From positions 4,116,476 through 4,180,475 of the forward strand of contig CBDCYM010000011.1 in assembly GCA_965224165.1 (NCBI GenBank): a stretch of 64,000 nt of DNA, given 5' to 3'. Made by a program: the position numbers and the translations under genes. Positions 10,078-20,935 of the stretch are shown piece by piece. The DNA is from Methyloligellaceae bacterium. GTDB taxonomy: Bacteria; Pseudomonadota; Alphaproteobacteria; Rhizobiales; CBDCYM01. The notes under the pieces are model-generated. The model made no database searches. It was not told where the DNA came from and saw nothing but the letters and a program-made list of their open reading frames with translations. The first letter of the stretch is position 1; each line of letters opens with the position of its first letter.

Positions 10078-11931
10078 CTAATACACTCGCGCCTTAGGTT
10101 GGATGTAACTGATATCATTGGTCATTGTGTAGGTATGAACGGGCCGGTAATCGATGGTAACTTGTTTTTTAGTATCATCCACCCAAGCCAAAGTATGCTT
10201 CATCCAGTTTTCATCATCACGTTCAGGAAAATCCTCGCGGGCATGAGCCCCGCGACTTTCTTCACGGTTAACGGCTCCAACAACCGTTACCGCTGCTTGC
10301 TGAATGAGGTTCTCAAACTCTAATGTTTCAATGAGATCAGTATTCCAGATAAGCGAGCGATCCGTAGTTTTGATATCCTCACTCGCTTTCCAAATTTCAT
10401 GAATCTGATCCATCCCCTCTTGCAAAACCTCACCCGTACGGAACACGGCACAGTTAGATTGCATGGCCTTCTGCATACGCAAGCGAAGGTCTGCAGTTGT
10501 CATACTTCCATTTGCGTAGCGTAGCCTGTCAAGCCTTTCAACGACCTTATCGCCTGCATCGCTTGACAAATCTGGATGGGCCGATCCTAATTCGATAGTC
10601 TCGGTGCATTTCAAACCAGCTGCGCGACCAAAGACAACAAGATCAATTAATGAATTTGAGCCGAGGCGATTAGCCCCATGCACGGAAACGCTCGCAGCTT
10701 CCCCTATCGCCATAAGCCCTTGAACTGTTGCATCCGCATTACCATCCCGCGGTGCAATGACCTCACCGTGAAAATTCGTGGGAATGCCCCCCATATTATA
10801 ATGGACCGTAGGAAGTACTGGGATTGGTTCGCGGGTCAGATCCACACCGGCAAAAATTTTAGCGGATTCAGTGATACCAGGCAGACGCTCGGCTAGGATA
10901 TTGGGATCTAAATGATCAAGATGCAGATAAATATGATCATTTTCTTTACCTACACCACGACCTTCACGGATTTCTATTGTCATAGAGCGCGAAACGACAT
11001 CTCTTGATGCCAGATCCTTGGCATGAGGCGCGTAGCGCTCCATAAAGCGCTCACCTTCTGAATTTGTTAGATAACCACCTTCTCCGCGCGCTCCTTCGGT
11101 GATCAGTACGCCTGCACCATAAATACCTGTTGGGTGAAACTGCACGAATTCCATATCCTGTAACGGTAGACCGGCGCGCAACACCATTGCATTGCCATCG
11201 CCTGTGCAAGTATGAGCGCTTGTGCAGGAAAAGTAGGTCCGCCCATAGCCACCCGTGGCAAGGATGACCTTATGAGCGCGGAAACGATGCAGCTGACCAT
11301 CATCAAGCGATAGCGCGACCACGCCACGGCACGCCCCCTCATCATCCATAAGTAGGTCAATGGCAAAATATTCAATAAAGAACTCAGCCGAATAGCGCAG
11401 CGACTGGCCATAAAGTGTATGCAACATGGCGTGGCCCGTGCGATCGGCAGCGGCGCATGTGCGTTGTGCAGGTGGTCCTTCACCAAAATCCGTGGTCATG
11501 CCGCCGAAAGGCCGTTGATAAATTTTACCGTCTTCCGTGCGGCTAAACGGTACGCCGAAATGCTCAAGTTCATAAACCGCTTTTGGTGCATTACGGCAGA
11601 GATACTCAATTGCATCCTGGTCTCCAAGCCAATCCGACCCTTTGACCGTGTCATACATATGCCAACGCCAATTGTCCGGCCCCATATTTCCCAACGACGC
11701 TGCAACACCACCTTGAGCGGCCACAGTATGACTGCGAGTGGGAAATACCTTCGTAATGCAAGCCGTTTTCAAACCAGCTTGTGCGGCACCTAATGTTGCA
11801 CGCAACCCGGCACCACCTGCTCCCACAACAATGACATCATATGTATGATCGTAAAAAGGATATGCGCGGCCGTTTACGCCAGGCTTAGAGATGGATGAAT
11901 CGTTTCCTGTACCGTTTAACTTTACCGCCAT
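10078..11931 (-). CDS. sdhA: Succinate dehydrogenase flavoprotein subunit
   Basis: FAD-binding [11 protein letters not shown], the covalent FAD site [10 protein letters not shown], and SdhA-like sequence along the full 617 aa. Confidence 0.97.
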   Translation of the reverse strand: MAVKLNGTGNDSSISKPGVNGRAYPFYDHTYDVIVVGAGGAGLRATLGAAQAGLKTACITKVFPTRSHTVAAQGGVAASLGNMGPDNWRWHMYDTVKGSDWLGDQDAIEYLCRNAPKAVYELEHFGVPFSRTEDGKIYQRPFGGMTTDFGEGPPAQRTCAAADRTGHAMLHTLYGQSLRYSAEFFIEYFAIDLLMDDEGACRGVVALSLDDGQLHRFRAHKVILATGGYGRTYFSCTSAHTCTGDGNAMVLRAGLPLQDMEFVQFHPTGIYGAGVLITEGARGEGGYLTNSEGERFMERYAPHAKDLASRDVVSRSMTIEIREGRGVGKENDHIYLHLDHLDPNILAERLPGITESAKIFAGVDLTREPIPVLPTVHYNMGGIPTNFHGEVIAPRDGNADATVQGLMAIGEAASVSVHGANRLGSNSLIDLVVFGRAAGLKCTETIELGSAHPDLSSDAGDKVVERLDRLRYANGSMTTADLRLRMQKAMQSNCAVFRTGEVLQEGMDQIHEIWKASEDIKTTDRSLIWNTDLIETLEFENLIQQAAVTVVGAVNREESRGAHAREDFPERDDENWMKHTLAWVDDTKKQVTIDYRPVHTYTMTNDISYIQPKARVY

Positions 11932-11934
11932 AGC

Positions 11935-12315
11935 TCACGCTCCAAAGCTGAGTTTCAGGATGGCAAAAATGCATGTAAGACCGATGAAAATTGCAAAGAA
12001 TGTATTTAGCATCAAAAAAGCTATCTTACGGCCTTCCGAATGCACATAATCTTCAATAATGACCTGCATCCCTAAACGCATGTGATAAACAACCGACAAG
12101 ATTAAGAGCAACATGACGATCGAAACGATCGGAGAAGCCAAATAGGCCCTAACGGCCTCATAATCTTGACCGGCATATGCAATTAATGAAATGAGGAAAA
12201 AACAAACAAGAACAATATTGGCAATTGCGGTCATGCGTTGCCACCAGAAATGATCAGAACCTTCCCTAGCGGATCCAAGACCGCGAACACGCGAAAGTGG
12301 TGTCTGCATATTCAT
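11935..12315 (-). CDS. sdhD: Succinate dehydrogenase membrane anchor subunit
   Basis: 126-aa protein with three TM helices, located between sdhC and sdhA. Confidence 0.85.
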   Translation of the reverse strand: MNMQTPLSRVRGLGSAREGSDHFWWQRMTAIANIVLVCFFLISLIAYAGQDYEAVRAYLASPIVSIVMLLLILSVVYHMRLGMQVIIEDYVHSEGRKIAFLMLNTFFAIFIGLTCIFAILKLSFGA

Positions 12316-12318
12316 TTT

Positions 12319-12726
12319 TCACCCTCCTCCTGCGGCCATATTGCCGATGGCCCAAACAACAGCAGTTAGCCCAAGCGAACCCAACAATGTCATTCGTGCC
12401 ATGATTTCTACTGTTCTGAGGTCAAATCCACGACCGGTATCCCAGATTAGATGCCTTATACCGCCCAGCATGTGGTGGATAACAGCCCATGTATAGCCAA
12501 AGAGAATAATCCGGCCTATGGCGGAGCCAAAAATGCCGTTGACGAAATTGAAATATTCCGGCCCGATTGCCGCCGCTATCAGCCACCAGGCCAACAAAAT
12601 TGTTCCAAAATAAAGCGCCGCCCCCGTTGCCCGATGCGCAATTGACATCATCATAGTCAGCATTGGCTTATAGATCTGGAGATGAGGAGAGAGTGGCCGT
12701 TCGTTAGATGAGTGTGAGTCCGCCAT
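12319..12726 (-). CDS. sdhC: Succinate dehydrogenase cytochrome b556 subunit
   Basis: RPLSPHLQIYKP motif followed by three TM helices. The start was trimmed to the ATG at 12726; 12747 is also possible. Confidence 0.85.
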   Translation of the reverse strand: MADSHSSNERPLSPHLQIYKPMLTMMMSIAHRATGAALYFGTILLAWWLIAAAIGPEYFNFVNGIFGSAIGRIILFGYTWAVIHHMLGGIRHLIWDTGRGFDLRTVEIMARMTLLGSLGLTAVVWAIGNMAAGGG

Positions 12727-13057
12727 AATTGTTCCTTCAGAAGGCATTTCTTTTGTTTTTGGCCTATGCCTCTGTTTGTACCGCGATGCAACAAAACCGG
12801 CAATGCCCTGAATAGATAAATTTTTACAGAAGATCAGAGCTTCCAAATGCCTGAAAAATTACAAAGGCTATATTGTTTTGAAAGGCCCCGTTACGCGATA
12901 TCTGTTTTAGTTTTACCCGTAAGCATATGATATTTCAAATATTATTATGGTTTTTGCTACCGGCGATGTTAGACAGCTATAAGTGTATGACACAAACAGA
13001 CGTTTAGTGCCATTAATGGTCAGTAAAGGAACCCAAACGGCAAACTGAAAATTCGAC

Positions 13058-13546
13058 ATGTTAATTCGTGAAGAAACTTACAATGATCTATCTGCCATTA
13101 GACGTGTCGTTGAGGCGGCTTTTGGGCAAGAAGAAGAAGCTGATCTGGTAAATGCATTGAGACAGTCTGGAGATATTGCGATATCGTTGGTGGCAGAGGA
13201 TAAGGGTGAAATTGTTGGTCACATCTTGTTCTCTAAACTGCAATCGCCTGACCAGTGTATAGCGCTGGCTCCCCTTTCAGTAACACCAAGCCGTCAAAAC
13301 CAAGGTATCGGATCAAAGCTCATTCATGAAGGCTTGGCGCGAGCAAAAGGTGAGAGTTGGCAAGCCGTGTTTGTTGTCGGAGAGCCAGAATATTACGAAC
13401 GCTTTGGGTTTCGTACTGCTGTAGCGGACAAGTTTGAAACCAAATATCCGAAGCCTTATTTTTTGGCTTTAGAGCTGACACCATGTTCTCTCAGTGAACG
13501 CATCGGTACTGTGACCTACGCATCTCCATTTCTGGCATTAGATTAG
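13058..13546 (+). CDS. GNAT family N-acetyltransferase
   Basis: Acetyl-CoA loop RQNQGIGSKLI, 162 aa. Confidence 0.8.
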   Translation: MLIREETYNDLSAIRRVVEAAFGQEEEADLVNALRQSGDIAISLVAEDKGEIVGHILFSKLQSPDQCIALAPLSVTPSRQNQGIGSKLIHEGLARAKGESWQAVFVVGEPEYYERFGFRTAVADKFETKYPKPYFLALELTPCSLSERIGTVTYASPFLALD

Positions 13547-14595
13547 CGCGGCAATAACACCCAATAATCTAAATCAAGAATAACACCGTCTTCGTAATCC
13601 TTTTCGTCTGCTCTGTATGGGAAATCCTTGCATGGTAGATCTTTGGTGGCCAGGGTGCGAAGTCTCAAAGCGCCCATATCATCGCGTCCGGAAAGCTCTG
13701 ATTTCTGCAAAACCTCCGACCAAGCATAAACCGTATCCCCGGCAAAACACGGCGCAACGTGACGCCCGCCGTTGATGGCTGCCACATGAAACGCATTGCC
13801 AAGGCCGTTGAAAGACAGGGCACGGGCCAATGAAATGACATGCCCGCCATAAATGAGCCGTCGTCCAAAGCGGTCTTCTGCTTGCACATGTTGATTAAAA
13901 TGCACCTTTGCGGTGTTTTGATAAAGGCGCGTCGCCATTTGATGCTCGGCCTCTTCAATGGTCATGCCATCAATATGGTCGATTTTTTCGCCAATTTCAT
14001 AGTCACCCCAGAAGTGCGGAGCACCGGAAAGGTCTTTATCCCATGCTTCTTGATTGATGACCGGACAAGTCTCACCCAATGTGTCTGGCTCGACATAGTC
14101 TGGAAGGTCTGGCAGAACTGGTTCCGGTGCAGGTGAGGCAACGTCACGTTTACGCACCATCACCCAACGGACATAGTCAAGAACGACCTCTGCGTCCTGG
14201 TTAAAACCTTTCGAGCGGACGTAAACAACACCGGACTTACCATTTGATGTTTCTCTCAGGCCAATCACCTCCGACCGGGAGGTAAGTGTATCGCCTGGAT
14301 AAACAGGCTTAAGGAACCGGCAATCCGCATAGCCGAGATTGGCAATCGCATTCAATGAGATATCCGGCACTGTCTTGCCAAAAACAATGTGGAAAACAAG
14401 CATGTCATCGATCGGAGCGCGCGGATAACCAATAGCTTCAGCAAATTTGTCTGAGGATTGCACTGCAAAACGCGCCCCATAGAGGCTTGTGTAGAGGGCA
14501 ACATCACCTTGGGTCACCGTTCTTGGTGTTGCGTGGCGGAGTATCTGCCCAATGGAAAAATCTTCAAAAAAATTGCCAGAGTTTGTTTTTGTCAT
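13543..14595 (-). CDS. MaoC-family (R)-hydratase, mesaconyl-CoA hydratase-like double hot-dog protein
   Basis: The 350-aa product has two hot-dog halves and neighbours a CitE-like CoA-ester lyase. Its stop overlaps the convergent GNAT stop (TTAG at 13543-13546). Confidence 0.75.
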   Translation of the reverse strand: MTKTNSGNFFEDFSIGQILRHATPRTVTQGDVALYTSLYGARFAVQSSDKFAEAIGYPRAPIDDMLVFHIVFGKTVPDISLNAIANLGYADCRFLKPVYPGDTLTSRSEVIGLRETSNGKSGVVYVRSKGFNQDAEVVLDYVRWVMVRKRDVASPAPEPVLPDLPDYVEPDTLGETCPVINQEAWDKDLSGAPHFWGDYEIGEKIDHIDGMTIEEAEHQMATRLYQNTAKVHFNQHVQAEDRFGRRLIYGGHVISLARALSFNGLGNAFHVAAINGGRHVAPCFAGDTVYAWSEVLQKSELSGRDDMGALRLRTLATKDLPCKDFPYRADEKDYEDGVILDLDYWVLLPR

Positions 14596-14627
14596 ATTTT
14601 ATCGTCCTAAAGCCTAGCCGTTTGGTA

Positions 14628-14831
14628 TTACTGCTCCGACAATACGATATCATCGGAGTACTTACCCTCAGTCTGTTTGACAATGGCTTGGCCACAGAGA
14701 ACCCGTTTATTCTCAGTATCGTAAGTCAATGTGGGGGACCCATGGAGCTCCCAACCCTTGTTCAAGGCTGCAGAAACCCGTTTGCAAAAGCTAACATCAT
14801 CCGGACCGGTTAAATAGCGATAGAGCTTCAT
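14628..14831 (-). CDS. DUF1737-like small protein
   Basis: 67-aa product (MKLYRYLTGPDDVSFCKRVSAALNKGWELHGSP). Its start overlaps the upstream gene's stop by 4 nt. Confidence 0.65.
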   Translation of the reverse strand: MKLYRYLTGPDDVSFCKRVSAALNKGWELHGSPTLTYDTENKRVLCGQAIVKQTEGKYSDDIVLSEQ

Positions 14832-15715
14832 GACTCGCTGACCTCCTCAATAGCGTCGGCAATTGCAACCGTGCGCCGGGCAATCTCAGCATGGAGCAGC
14901 TCTACCATACGTCCATCCAGGGAAATTGCTCCCTTACCCTGGTTCTCTGGCAGTTCGAAAGCCGCAATGATTTTACGTGCCCAATCAATGTCTTCTACAC
15001 TTGGCGCGAAGATCTCATTACAGGGATCAATCTGACCGGGATGAATCAACGTTTTACCATCCATACCGATATTGCGGCCATGGCGGCATTCGGCCTTGAA
15101 CCCTTCTTCATTGCGAAAGTCATTATAAACGCCATCAATAATATCAAGGCCGTAGGCCTTGGCCGCCGCAACCGAGGTTGAAAGCCAAGCCAAAATAGGT
15201 TCACGGTCGGCGGTCAAGCGAGCGCCCGTTTCCTTGGCAAGATCATTGGTGCCCATAACAAAACACGACAAGGGTATCTCAGATTGAAGCGCCGTTTCGG
15301 CGATGGCCTTGGCGTTGAGCATGGCCAAGGGCGTTTCCATCATGGCCCAGAGTTTGGTTGTCTCTGGTGCGCTTGCCGCTTTCATAGCTTGAACTGCGTC
15401 CTTAATATCTTCAGGTGCGCTGATCTTGGGGACAAGGATCGCATCAGGCCTGGCAAGAGAAGCCGTTTTTATATCCTCTTCTCCCCATTGCGTTTGTAAG
15501 CCATTAACGCGGATGACCACCTCCCGCCGACCATAACCACCGGTTTTTGCCGCCTCATATATATTTTGGCGGGCCTCCGCCTTTGCATCGGGGGCAACGG
15601 CGTCTTCAAGATCAAAAATCAAGCAATCCGCTGCAAGTGACTTTGCTTTCTCTAAAGCACGCGTATTCGAACCGGGCATGTAAAGTACACTGCGGCGTGG
15701 TCTATGATCTGCCAT
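14828..15715 (-). CDS. HpcH/HpaI-CitE family CoA-ester lyase (malyl-CoA / beta-methylmalyl-CoA lyase or thioesterase-like)
   Basis: RRSVLYMPGSN...LIFDLEDAVAP and the downstream acidic metal-binding blocks are typical of CitE-like enzymes. Confidence 0.8.
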   Translation of the reverse strand: MADHRPRRSVLYMPGSNTRALEKAKSLAADCLIFDLEDAVAPDAKAEARQNIYEAAKTGGYGRREVVIRVNGLQTQWGEEDIKTASLARPDAILVPKISAPEDIKDAVQAMKAASAPETTKLWAMMETPLAMLNAKAIAETALQSEIPLSCFVMGTNDLAKETGARLTADREPILAWLSTSVAAAKAYGLDIIDGVYNDFRNEEGFKAECRHGRNIGMDGKTLIHPGQIDPCNEIFAPSVEDIDWARKIIAAFELPENQGKGAISLDGRMVELLHAEIARRTVAIADAIEEVSES

Positions 15716-15851
15716 ATTTCATCTATCCAAAGTTAAGATTGCTATGCATTCATGAATGTAAATAAATTGTGCGGTTGCGAAATTACCCAAGCTCGTGCAT
15801 GCAATCCACTCTTCTTTTCAAATTTTCATGAATACTCCGGGTTTAAAACTC

Positions 15852-16691
15852 ATGGCGACAATTCTTTCAATTTCCTCCCAGGTTATCCGTGGTCATGTCG
15901 GCAATAAGGCCGTACAGTTTGCTTTAGAAAGATTGGGGCATGTTGTTTGGGCTTTTCCGACGATTCTTCTCTCAAACCATCCTGGGCATCCGCATTTTGC
16001 CGGACAGAAAACGGACGTTGCACAGCTTTTTGATATGCTCGACGCTTTATCCACAAATGGCTGGCTTAGCGAGATTGATGCCGTCTTAACCGGCTATTTG
16101 CCAAGCCCCGAACATGTCCACTTTGCCGCTGAGGCCGTAATGCGTATCCGATCCCATAAACCGAATGCGCTCTATCTTTGTGATCCGGCTCTCGGGGATG
16201 ACCCAAAAGGGCTTTACGTCGAAGAGCGTGCCGCGCAAGAGATCCGTGACAGATTATGTCCACTTGCTGATATCATCACACCCAATCGTTTTGAGTTGCA
16301 ATGGCTTAGCAATAAACCCGTAACAAGTGAAACTGATGCAATTCATGCGGCAAGAAGACTCAAATGTTCTAGAGTCTTGGCAACATCAACCCCTTGCGAG
16401 CAGATAAATAGGCTGAGTAATTGTCTTCTTGCAGATAATCATAGCCTTAGGAGCGTGGTAGAACGCCTTGCAGATGCGCCTCATGGTACAGGCGATTTGA
16501 TGGCAGCTCTCTTTTTAAGCCATCTTATAAGGGGCCAAGATGATCATCAGGCAGTAGGTCTCGCAACGGCCAGCGTCGAAGCTGTCTTACAGGCAAGTGA
16601 AAACTCTGATGAGCTTTGCTTGATTGAGAGTCAGGAGGCATGGACCAAGGCAACGGCGTGGCCTGTTGAAACTTTAAAACCTCAAATTTAG
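15852..16691 (+). CDS. pdxY: Pyridoxal/pyridoxamine kinase
   Basis: ILSISSQVIRGHVGNKAVQFALERLGH and GTGDLMAALF (ribokinase-like fold). I chose the ATG at 15852. Confidence 0.8.
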   Translation: MATILSISSQVIRGHVGNKAVQFALERLGHVVWAFPTILLSNHPGHPHFAGQKTDVAQLFDMLDALSTNGWLSEIDAVLTGYLPSPEHVHFAAEAVMRIRSHKPNALYLCDPALGDDPKGLYVEERAAQEIRDRLCPLADIITPNRFELQWLSNKPVTSETDAIHAARRLKCSRVLATSTPCEQINRLSNCLLADNHSLRSVVERLADAPHGTGDLMAALFLSHLIRGQDDHQAVGLATASVEAVLQASENSDELCLIESQEAWTKATAWPVETLKPQI

Positions 16692-17542
16692 CGGCCCCAG
16701 CGCAATTTATAGATAAGGCCAAGAGAAGCATAAAATTGGTCTTCGGTCTCTATGACGGGGCTATCTGCTGCATCACCCAATAGGCGGGCATAGGTGCCTT
16801 TTGCTCTAAATGTCCAATTTTCTGTCAATTTTACTTTCGCTCCAAGCTCGACATGGACATCTTTAATGCCATCACTTGCGGAAAATGCTGGAAGGCCTGA
16901 CGCTGCTGATTGGGCGGCGGTCACACCAAAGTAGGTGCTCATATAATCATCGTCTGCATAAGTCGCACCGACACGCCCGGTTAATGTTAAAGCTTCTGAT
17001 ACGGGTCTCTCAACTTCAACACCGAACCGAAGCTGAAAACCGGTGTCATCATCACCTGTCACCTGATCATGGTAAGAGATATCAAACAACAATGCGTCAA
17101 TGCGATAACCGGCATAACCGCCGAGAACAATGCCGTCATCAATATCGCCAAGCCCGTTTAGCCTGGGTGAGTCATCCTGATCACGGCCAAAATTATACCC
17201 TCCCAAAGGCCCGGCCTCGAAGCCATTCCAATCAAAGAGCCTGAAACGGATGTCATCTGCACCGCGAACTTTAACGCGCCTTGCCAAGCCAGATAAAGGG
17301 CCGTCACCTTCGCCTAAGAGGGGAAAAAGGTAAGGAAACCCGATGACTTCATAGTCTTCAGAGCCCTCATATTTGGGCTTAATGAGCGCAAAACCGCCAA
17401 TGGCAAGGCCAAAAGACGTATCATCCTTATAGCTATAGCCACCCGCCCTAAGATCTGTTGCGGCAAAAAACATAGAAATTAAAATCACGAAGCCGAATGC
17501 GCTGGATTTAACTCTACCCTTGTTTAAGCTCACAAAACCCAT
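16688..17542 (-). CDS. MipA/OmpV-family outer-membrane protein
   Basis: Signal peptide, and alternating beta-strand pattern rich in G/Y/D along the length. Confidence 0.65.
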   Translation of the reverse strand: MGFVSLNKGRVKSSAFGFVILISMFFAATDLRAGGYSYKDDTSFGLAIGGFALIKPKYEGSEDYEVIGFPYLFPLLGEGDGPLSGLARRVKVRGADDIRFRLFDWNGFEAGPLGGYNFGRDQDDSPRLNGLGDIDDGIVLGGYAGYRIDALLFDISYHDQVTGDDDTGFQLRFGVEVERPVSEALTLTGRVGATYADDDYMSTYFGVTAAQSAASGLPAFSASDGIKDVHVELGAKVKLTENWTFRAKGTYARLLGDAADSPVIETEDQFYASLGLIYKLRWGR

Positions 17543-17749
17543 GCCCCATACCTTTTAGGTTTGTTTTAAAGAGTTATTTAGCAAAAACAGCATGGCGCGT
17601 CATCCTTTCAAGATTGTAAATATTTTGCCGGTGTATGACTTGTTGAAACACTCAGGATGACCAAATGTAGACGTTTTGCTGGTTTCAAGCCTCTTGCCTT
17701 CCGGAAAAAGCCGTATTAGGTGAAAGCTAAGAATTAAGGAGCAAGAGAA

Positions 17750-19156
17750 ATGGCCGGACCTAGGACCCTTTATGATAAAATTTGGGACGATCATTTGGTT
17801 GATGAGCAGGATAATGGCACATGCTTACTTTATATTGACCGCCATTTGATCCATGAAGTGACGAGCCCGCAGGCATTTGAAGGGTTGCGCATGTCCGGCC
17901 GCCAGGTACGTCAACCTGAAAAAACACTTGCGGTTGTTGACCATAATGTCCCAACGACGGACCGCTCCCTTGGTATTGACGATCCTGAATCGGCATTACA
18001 AGTTGAAACGCTTGCAAAAAATTGTGCCGAATTTGGCATTGATTATTTTGATGAGGTCGATCCCCGGCAAGGCATTGTCCATATTATTGGTCCGGAACAA
18101 GGCTTCACTCTTCCCGGCACAACCATCGTTTGCGGCGATAGTCATACCTCAACCCATGGGGCTTTTGGTGCGCTTGCCCATGGCATTGGAACTTCTGAAG
18201 TTGAACATGTGCTGGCAACCCAGACTTTGATCCAAGCAAAAGCCAAAAACATGCAGATCAATGTAGAAGGCATTCTGCCAGGCGGAGTTACCGCAAAAGA
18301 TATTATTCTGGCGATTATCGGCGAGATTGGCACAGCAGGTGGAACCGGCCATGTCATGGAATATGCAGGTGAGGCGATCCGCTCGCTTTCTATGGAAGGA
18401 CGCATGACCGTTTGCAATATGTCCATTGAGGGTGGAGCCCGCGCAGGCCTTATCGCGCCGGATGAAAAAACATTCGCCTACCTGGAAGGCCGTCCGCGTG
18501 CGCCTAAAGGCGGTGCTTGGGAACAAGCCCTTAGCTATTGGAAAACACTCTACTCTGATGAAGGTGCGACGTTTGATACTGTGGTGAACCTTGATGCAGC
18601 AAATCTGCCGCCCTTGGTAACTTGGGGCACAAGTCCCGAAGATGTGGTCTCCATTACCGGTAAAGTACCGGACCCGGCCAGTGTTGACGATGAAAACAAG
18701 CAGATATCAATGCGCCGTGCTCTCGATTATATGGGCCTTACACCTGGTACAAAAATTACAGACATAGCTGTTGACCGTGTGTTTATTGGTTCTTGCACCA
18801 ATGGACGTATCGAGGATTTACGCACTGTCGCCAAGGTCGTCTCTGGCAAACATGTTAGTGAGAATGTAAACGCCATGATCGTGCCGGGCTCAGGGCTTGT
18901 TAAAGAGCAGGCTGAATCGGAAGGGCTCGATGAAATTTTCCGTGCTGCTGGTTTTGATTGGCGTGAACCGGGGTGCTCGATGTGTTTGGCAATGAATGCG
19001 GATAAGCTCTCGCCACAGGAGCGCTGTGCTTCAACATCAAACCGCAATTTCGAAGGCCGCCAAGGCCGTCAGGGCCGCACCCATCTTGTCTCTCCCCTCA
19101 TGGCAGCCGCTGCCGCCATTGTAGGGAAATTCGTGGATGTGCGGGATTTTCACTAG
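17750..19156 (+). CDS. leuC: 3-isopropylmalate dehydratase large subunit
   Basis: Aconitase-family motifs [23 protein letters not shown] and CSMCLAMN. Confidence 0.97.
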   Translation: MAGPRTLYDKIWDDHLVDEQDNGTCLLYIDRHLIHEVTSPQAFEGLRMSGRQVRQPEKTLAVVDHNVPTTDRSLGIDDPESALQVETLAKNCAEFGIDYFDEVDPRQGIVHIIGPEQGFTLPGTTIVCGDSHTSTHGAFGALAHGIGTSEVEHVLATQTLIQAKAKNMQINVEGILPGGVTAKDIILAIIGEIGTAGGTGHVMEYAGEAIRSLSMEGRMTVCNMSIEGGARAGLIAPDEKTFAYLEGRPRAPKGGAWEQALSYWKTLYSDEGATFDTVVNLDAANLPPLVTWGTSPEDVVSITGKVPDPASVDDENKQISMRRALDYMGLTPGTKITDIAVDRVFIGSCTNGRIEDLRTVAKVVSGKHVSENVNAMIVPGSGLVKEQAESEGLDEIFRAAGFDWREPGCSMCLAMNADKLSPQERCASTSNRNFEGRQGRQGRTHLVSPLMAAAAAIVGKFVDVRDFH

Positions 19157-19170
19157 CGCGAGATGCCGAG

Positions 19171-20733
19171 CTAATGCGCCAACACGATAAAATCCGAATC
19201 CGGACGTGTCTCGTGACTAATTCCATTGTCTGAAACCACAAGAGACGAACCAGGTGTCAATAAATCGGAGAGCGTTATCCGCAGAGATTCAGGAATTTCA
19301 ATACGATTAAGCGCTTCATGAGCTGAACGCTCTATACGTTGTTGAGCTTCAGCAAGTGCTACCAAATCATCATCCTTTAATTCTGCACTTAAGCTTTGAT
19401 CTTTTGGAACTTCTTTTAATGTCAGCACCTGCCAACGCGCTTTAGCTGCATTTTCTCCAAAATGCATTGCCGTAAAAATATGTGTGCCTAAAGGCTTCGA
19501 CGCGTGTTTGATATGAAGAGGCGCATCAAAAAGATCAACCGTGGCTTGGCGAACATAAATATGTCCGACGGATGGCTTCCCCTCGCCTGCAACACGAAAT
19601 ATCTCATCAATCAAATCATCTGAAATTGTGCCGGATTGCGGAAGGCCTGCCACTTTCTCAAATAGCTTTATGGCCGAGACCGTTTGTGAACCTATTAGCC
19701 CATCGATAGGCCCCACATCGTAGCCAAGCTTTGATAAAATACGCTGCACATCTTTCATCCGCTCTCTGCCTGTACGGCGGGTTATTAGGATGCGAAGGGG
19801 CGATTTCGAGCGTGTTTGTATTCTGTTCAGTCTCGTGAACGTCTTTTCGAGATCGGCTAACTGCTCATTTTCTGCAGATATTGTGTTATTAACAACAGGT
19901 TGCTCACTTTCCACTACGCTTGTCATGCTGGTGTAACGAAGCAATCTCCTCATAAGGGTCAGTGTTTGAGTATTTCTTACCTTAGACCCCCAACGTGTTT
20001 CTTTTACACCATCGTTATCAATAACTTTGGTCTCGTTCTTCAAAAATCTTTCTACTGACATCGGCTGAAAAAGCGTGGCATGCTCGATTTCAGAAGGTCT
20101 TGCCCCACTATCTGAAACAACGACTTGGGCGCCTCGACGCGTGACTTTAAAAAGGTTTCTGGCAAAACTATGAGGCAGCCGGATGCATCCATGGGAAGCC
20201 GGATAATTTGGTACATGGCCTGCATGAAGTGCCATGCCTGACCAGGTAATCCGCTGCATATAGGGCATGGGGGCATTGTCATAAAGGTTTGAGTAGTGAC
20301 GGCGGCGCTTTTGAAGAATACTAAATACACCGGCAGGCGTACGATAGCCTGGACGGCCACTGGAAATTTTTGAGGATGCAATTAACTTGCCGCCCTTAAA
20401 AACTTCTATGCGCTGGCGAGGTAGAGATACGATAAGCTGCATCGGCCCCTTGAGAGACTCATCAATTTTCCAAGGTACCGGAGAACTTATGGCTTTCCGA
20501 CGATTTTTCCGCCGCGGATAATATGGCTGACTTCTTCTCCGTTGGTAAATTCGCCGATAAGAGCGTTTTTTTCTCGTTCTCGAGCGTTGCCTTGTTGTGA
20601 GTGCTGCACGTGTTATTGGCGGGTCGCTATGAACTCGATAACCTACAAAGGTTTGTGCGAACGCAGAAGATCCAGTTTGGGACATAAAAATGGAAAAACC
20701 TAATACCCCAATTGCCAAAAAAAACAGCCTCAT
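19171..20733 (-). CDS. L,D-transpeptidase with peptidoglycan-binding domain
   Basis: YkuD active site HGCIRLP, and PG_binding_1-like LGYDVGPIDGLIGSQTVSAIKLFEKVAGLPQSG. The start was trimmed to the ATG at 20733; 20769 is TTG. Confidence 0.85.
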   Translation of the reverse strand: MRLFFLAIGVLGFSIFMSQTGSSAFAQTFVGYRVHSDPPITRAALTTRQRSRTRKKRSYRRIYQRRRSQPYYPRRKNRRKAISSPVPWKIDESLKGPMQLIVSLPRQRIEVFKGGKLIASSKISSGRPGYRTPAGVFSILQKRRRHYSNLYDNAPMPYMQRITWSGMALHAGHVPNYPASHGCIRLPHSFARNLFKVTRRGAQVVVSDSGARPSEIEHATLFQPMSVERFLKNETKVIDNDGVKETRWGSKVRNTQTLTLMRRLLRYTSMTSVVESEQPVVNNTISAENEQLADLEKTFTRLNRIQTRSKSPLRILITRRTGRERMKDVQRILSKLGYDVGPIDGLIGSQTVSAIKLFEKVAGLPQSGTISDDLIDEIFRVAGEGKPSVGHIYVRQATVDLFDAPLHIKHASKPLGTHIFTAMHFGENAAKARWQVLTLKEVPKDQSLSAELKDDDLVALAEAQQRIERSAHEALNRIEIPESLRITLSDLLTPGSSLVVSDNGISHETRPDSDFIVLAH

Positions 20734-20935
20734 AGCTTTCACAACCCCATCCCTTATCTTATCTCTCAATAACGACGATGCCTCTATCTTAGAACGCTAA
20801 TTTTGGAAGTTATTCGTCAAAATTAAGTGATAAGCCGAATCTGGATAAAATTCGATTAATGCGTGGCCAAGGTGTCACAGTTCTTTTGGTCTAGGCGATT
20901 AGCCTGTGAACAGTCTTTGGGCTCGTTAGATGTAA

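Noticed and set aside
11103-11793. Antisense and alternative-frame ORFs inside sdhA (11103..11486 on the minus strand, 11419..11793 on the plus strand). Similar shadow ORFs occur inside leuC, the UxaA large subunit (37728..38201, 38078..38485), the RND permease (44159..44602, 44724..45086) and the edge gene (62957..63418).
   Set aside because: They lie wholly within strongly supported CDSs, have odd Arg/Cys/His-rich compositions and lack RBSs. They are typical shadow ORFs.
12727-12846. 40-codon N-terminal extension of sdhC in the ORF track. Analogous extensions occur for mrp (22127-22180), cpdR (56300-56341), pdxY (15795-15851), hisN (57886-57957) and the S24 regulator (48135-48236).
   Set aside because: The extensions have non-ATG starts or lack an RBS, and they add residues absent from the conserved family N-termini. 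Internal ATGs restore canonical N-termini.
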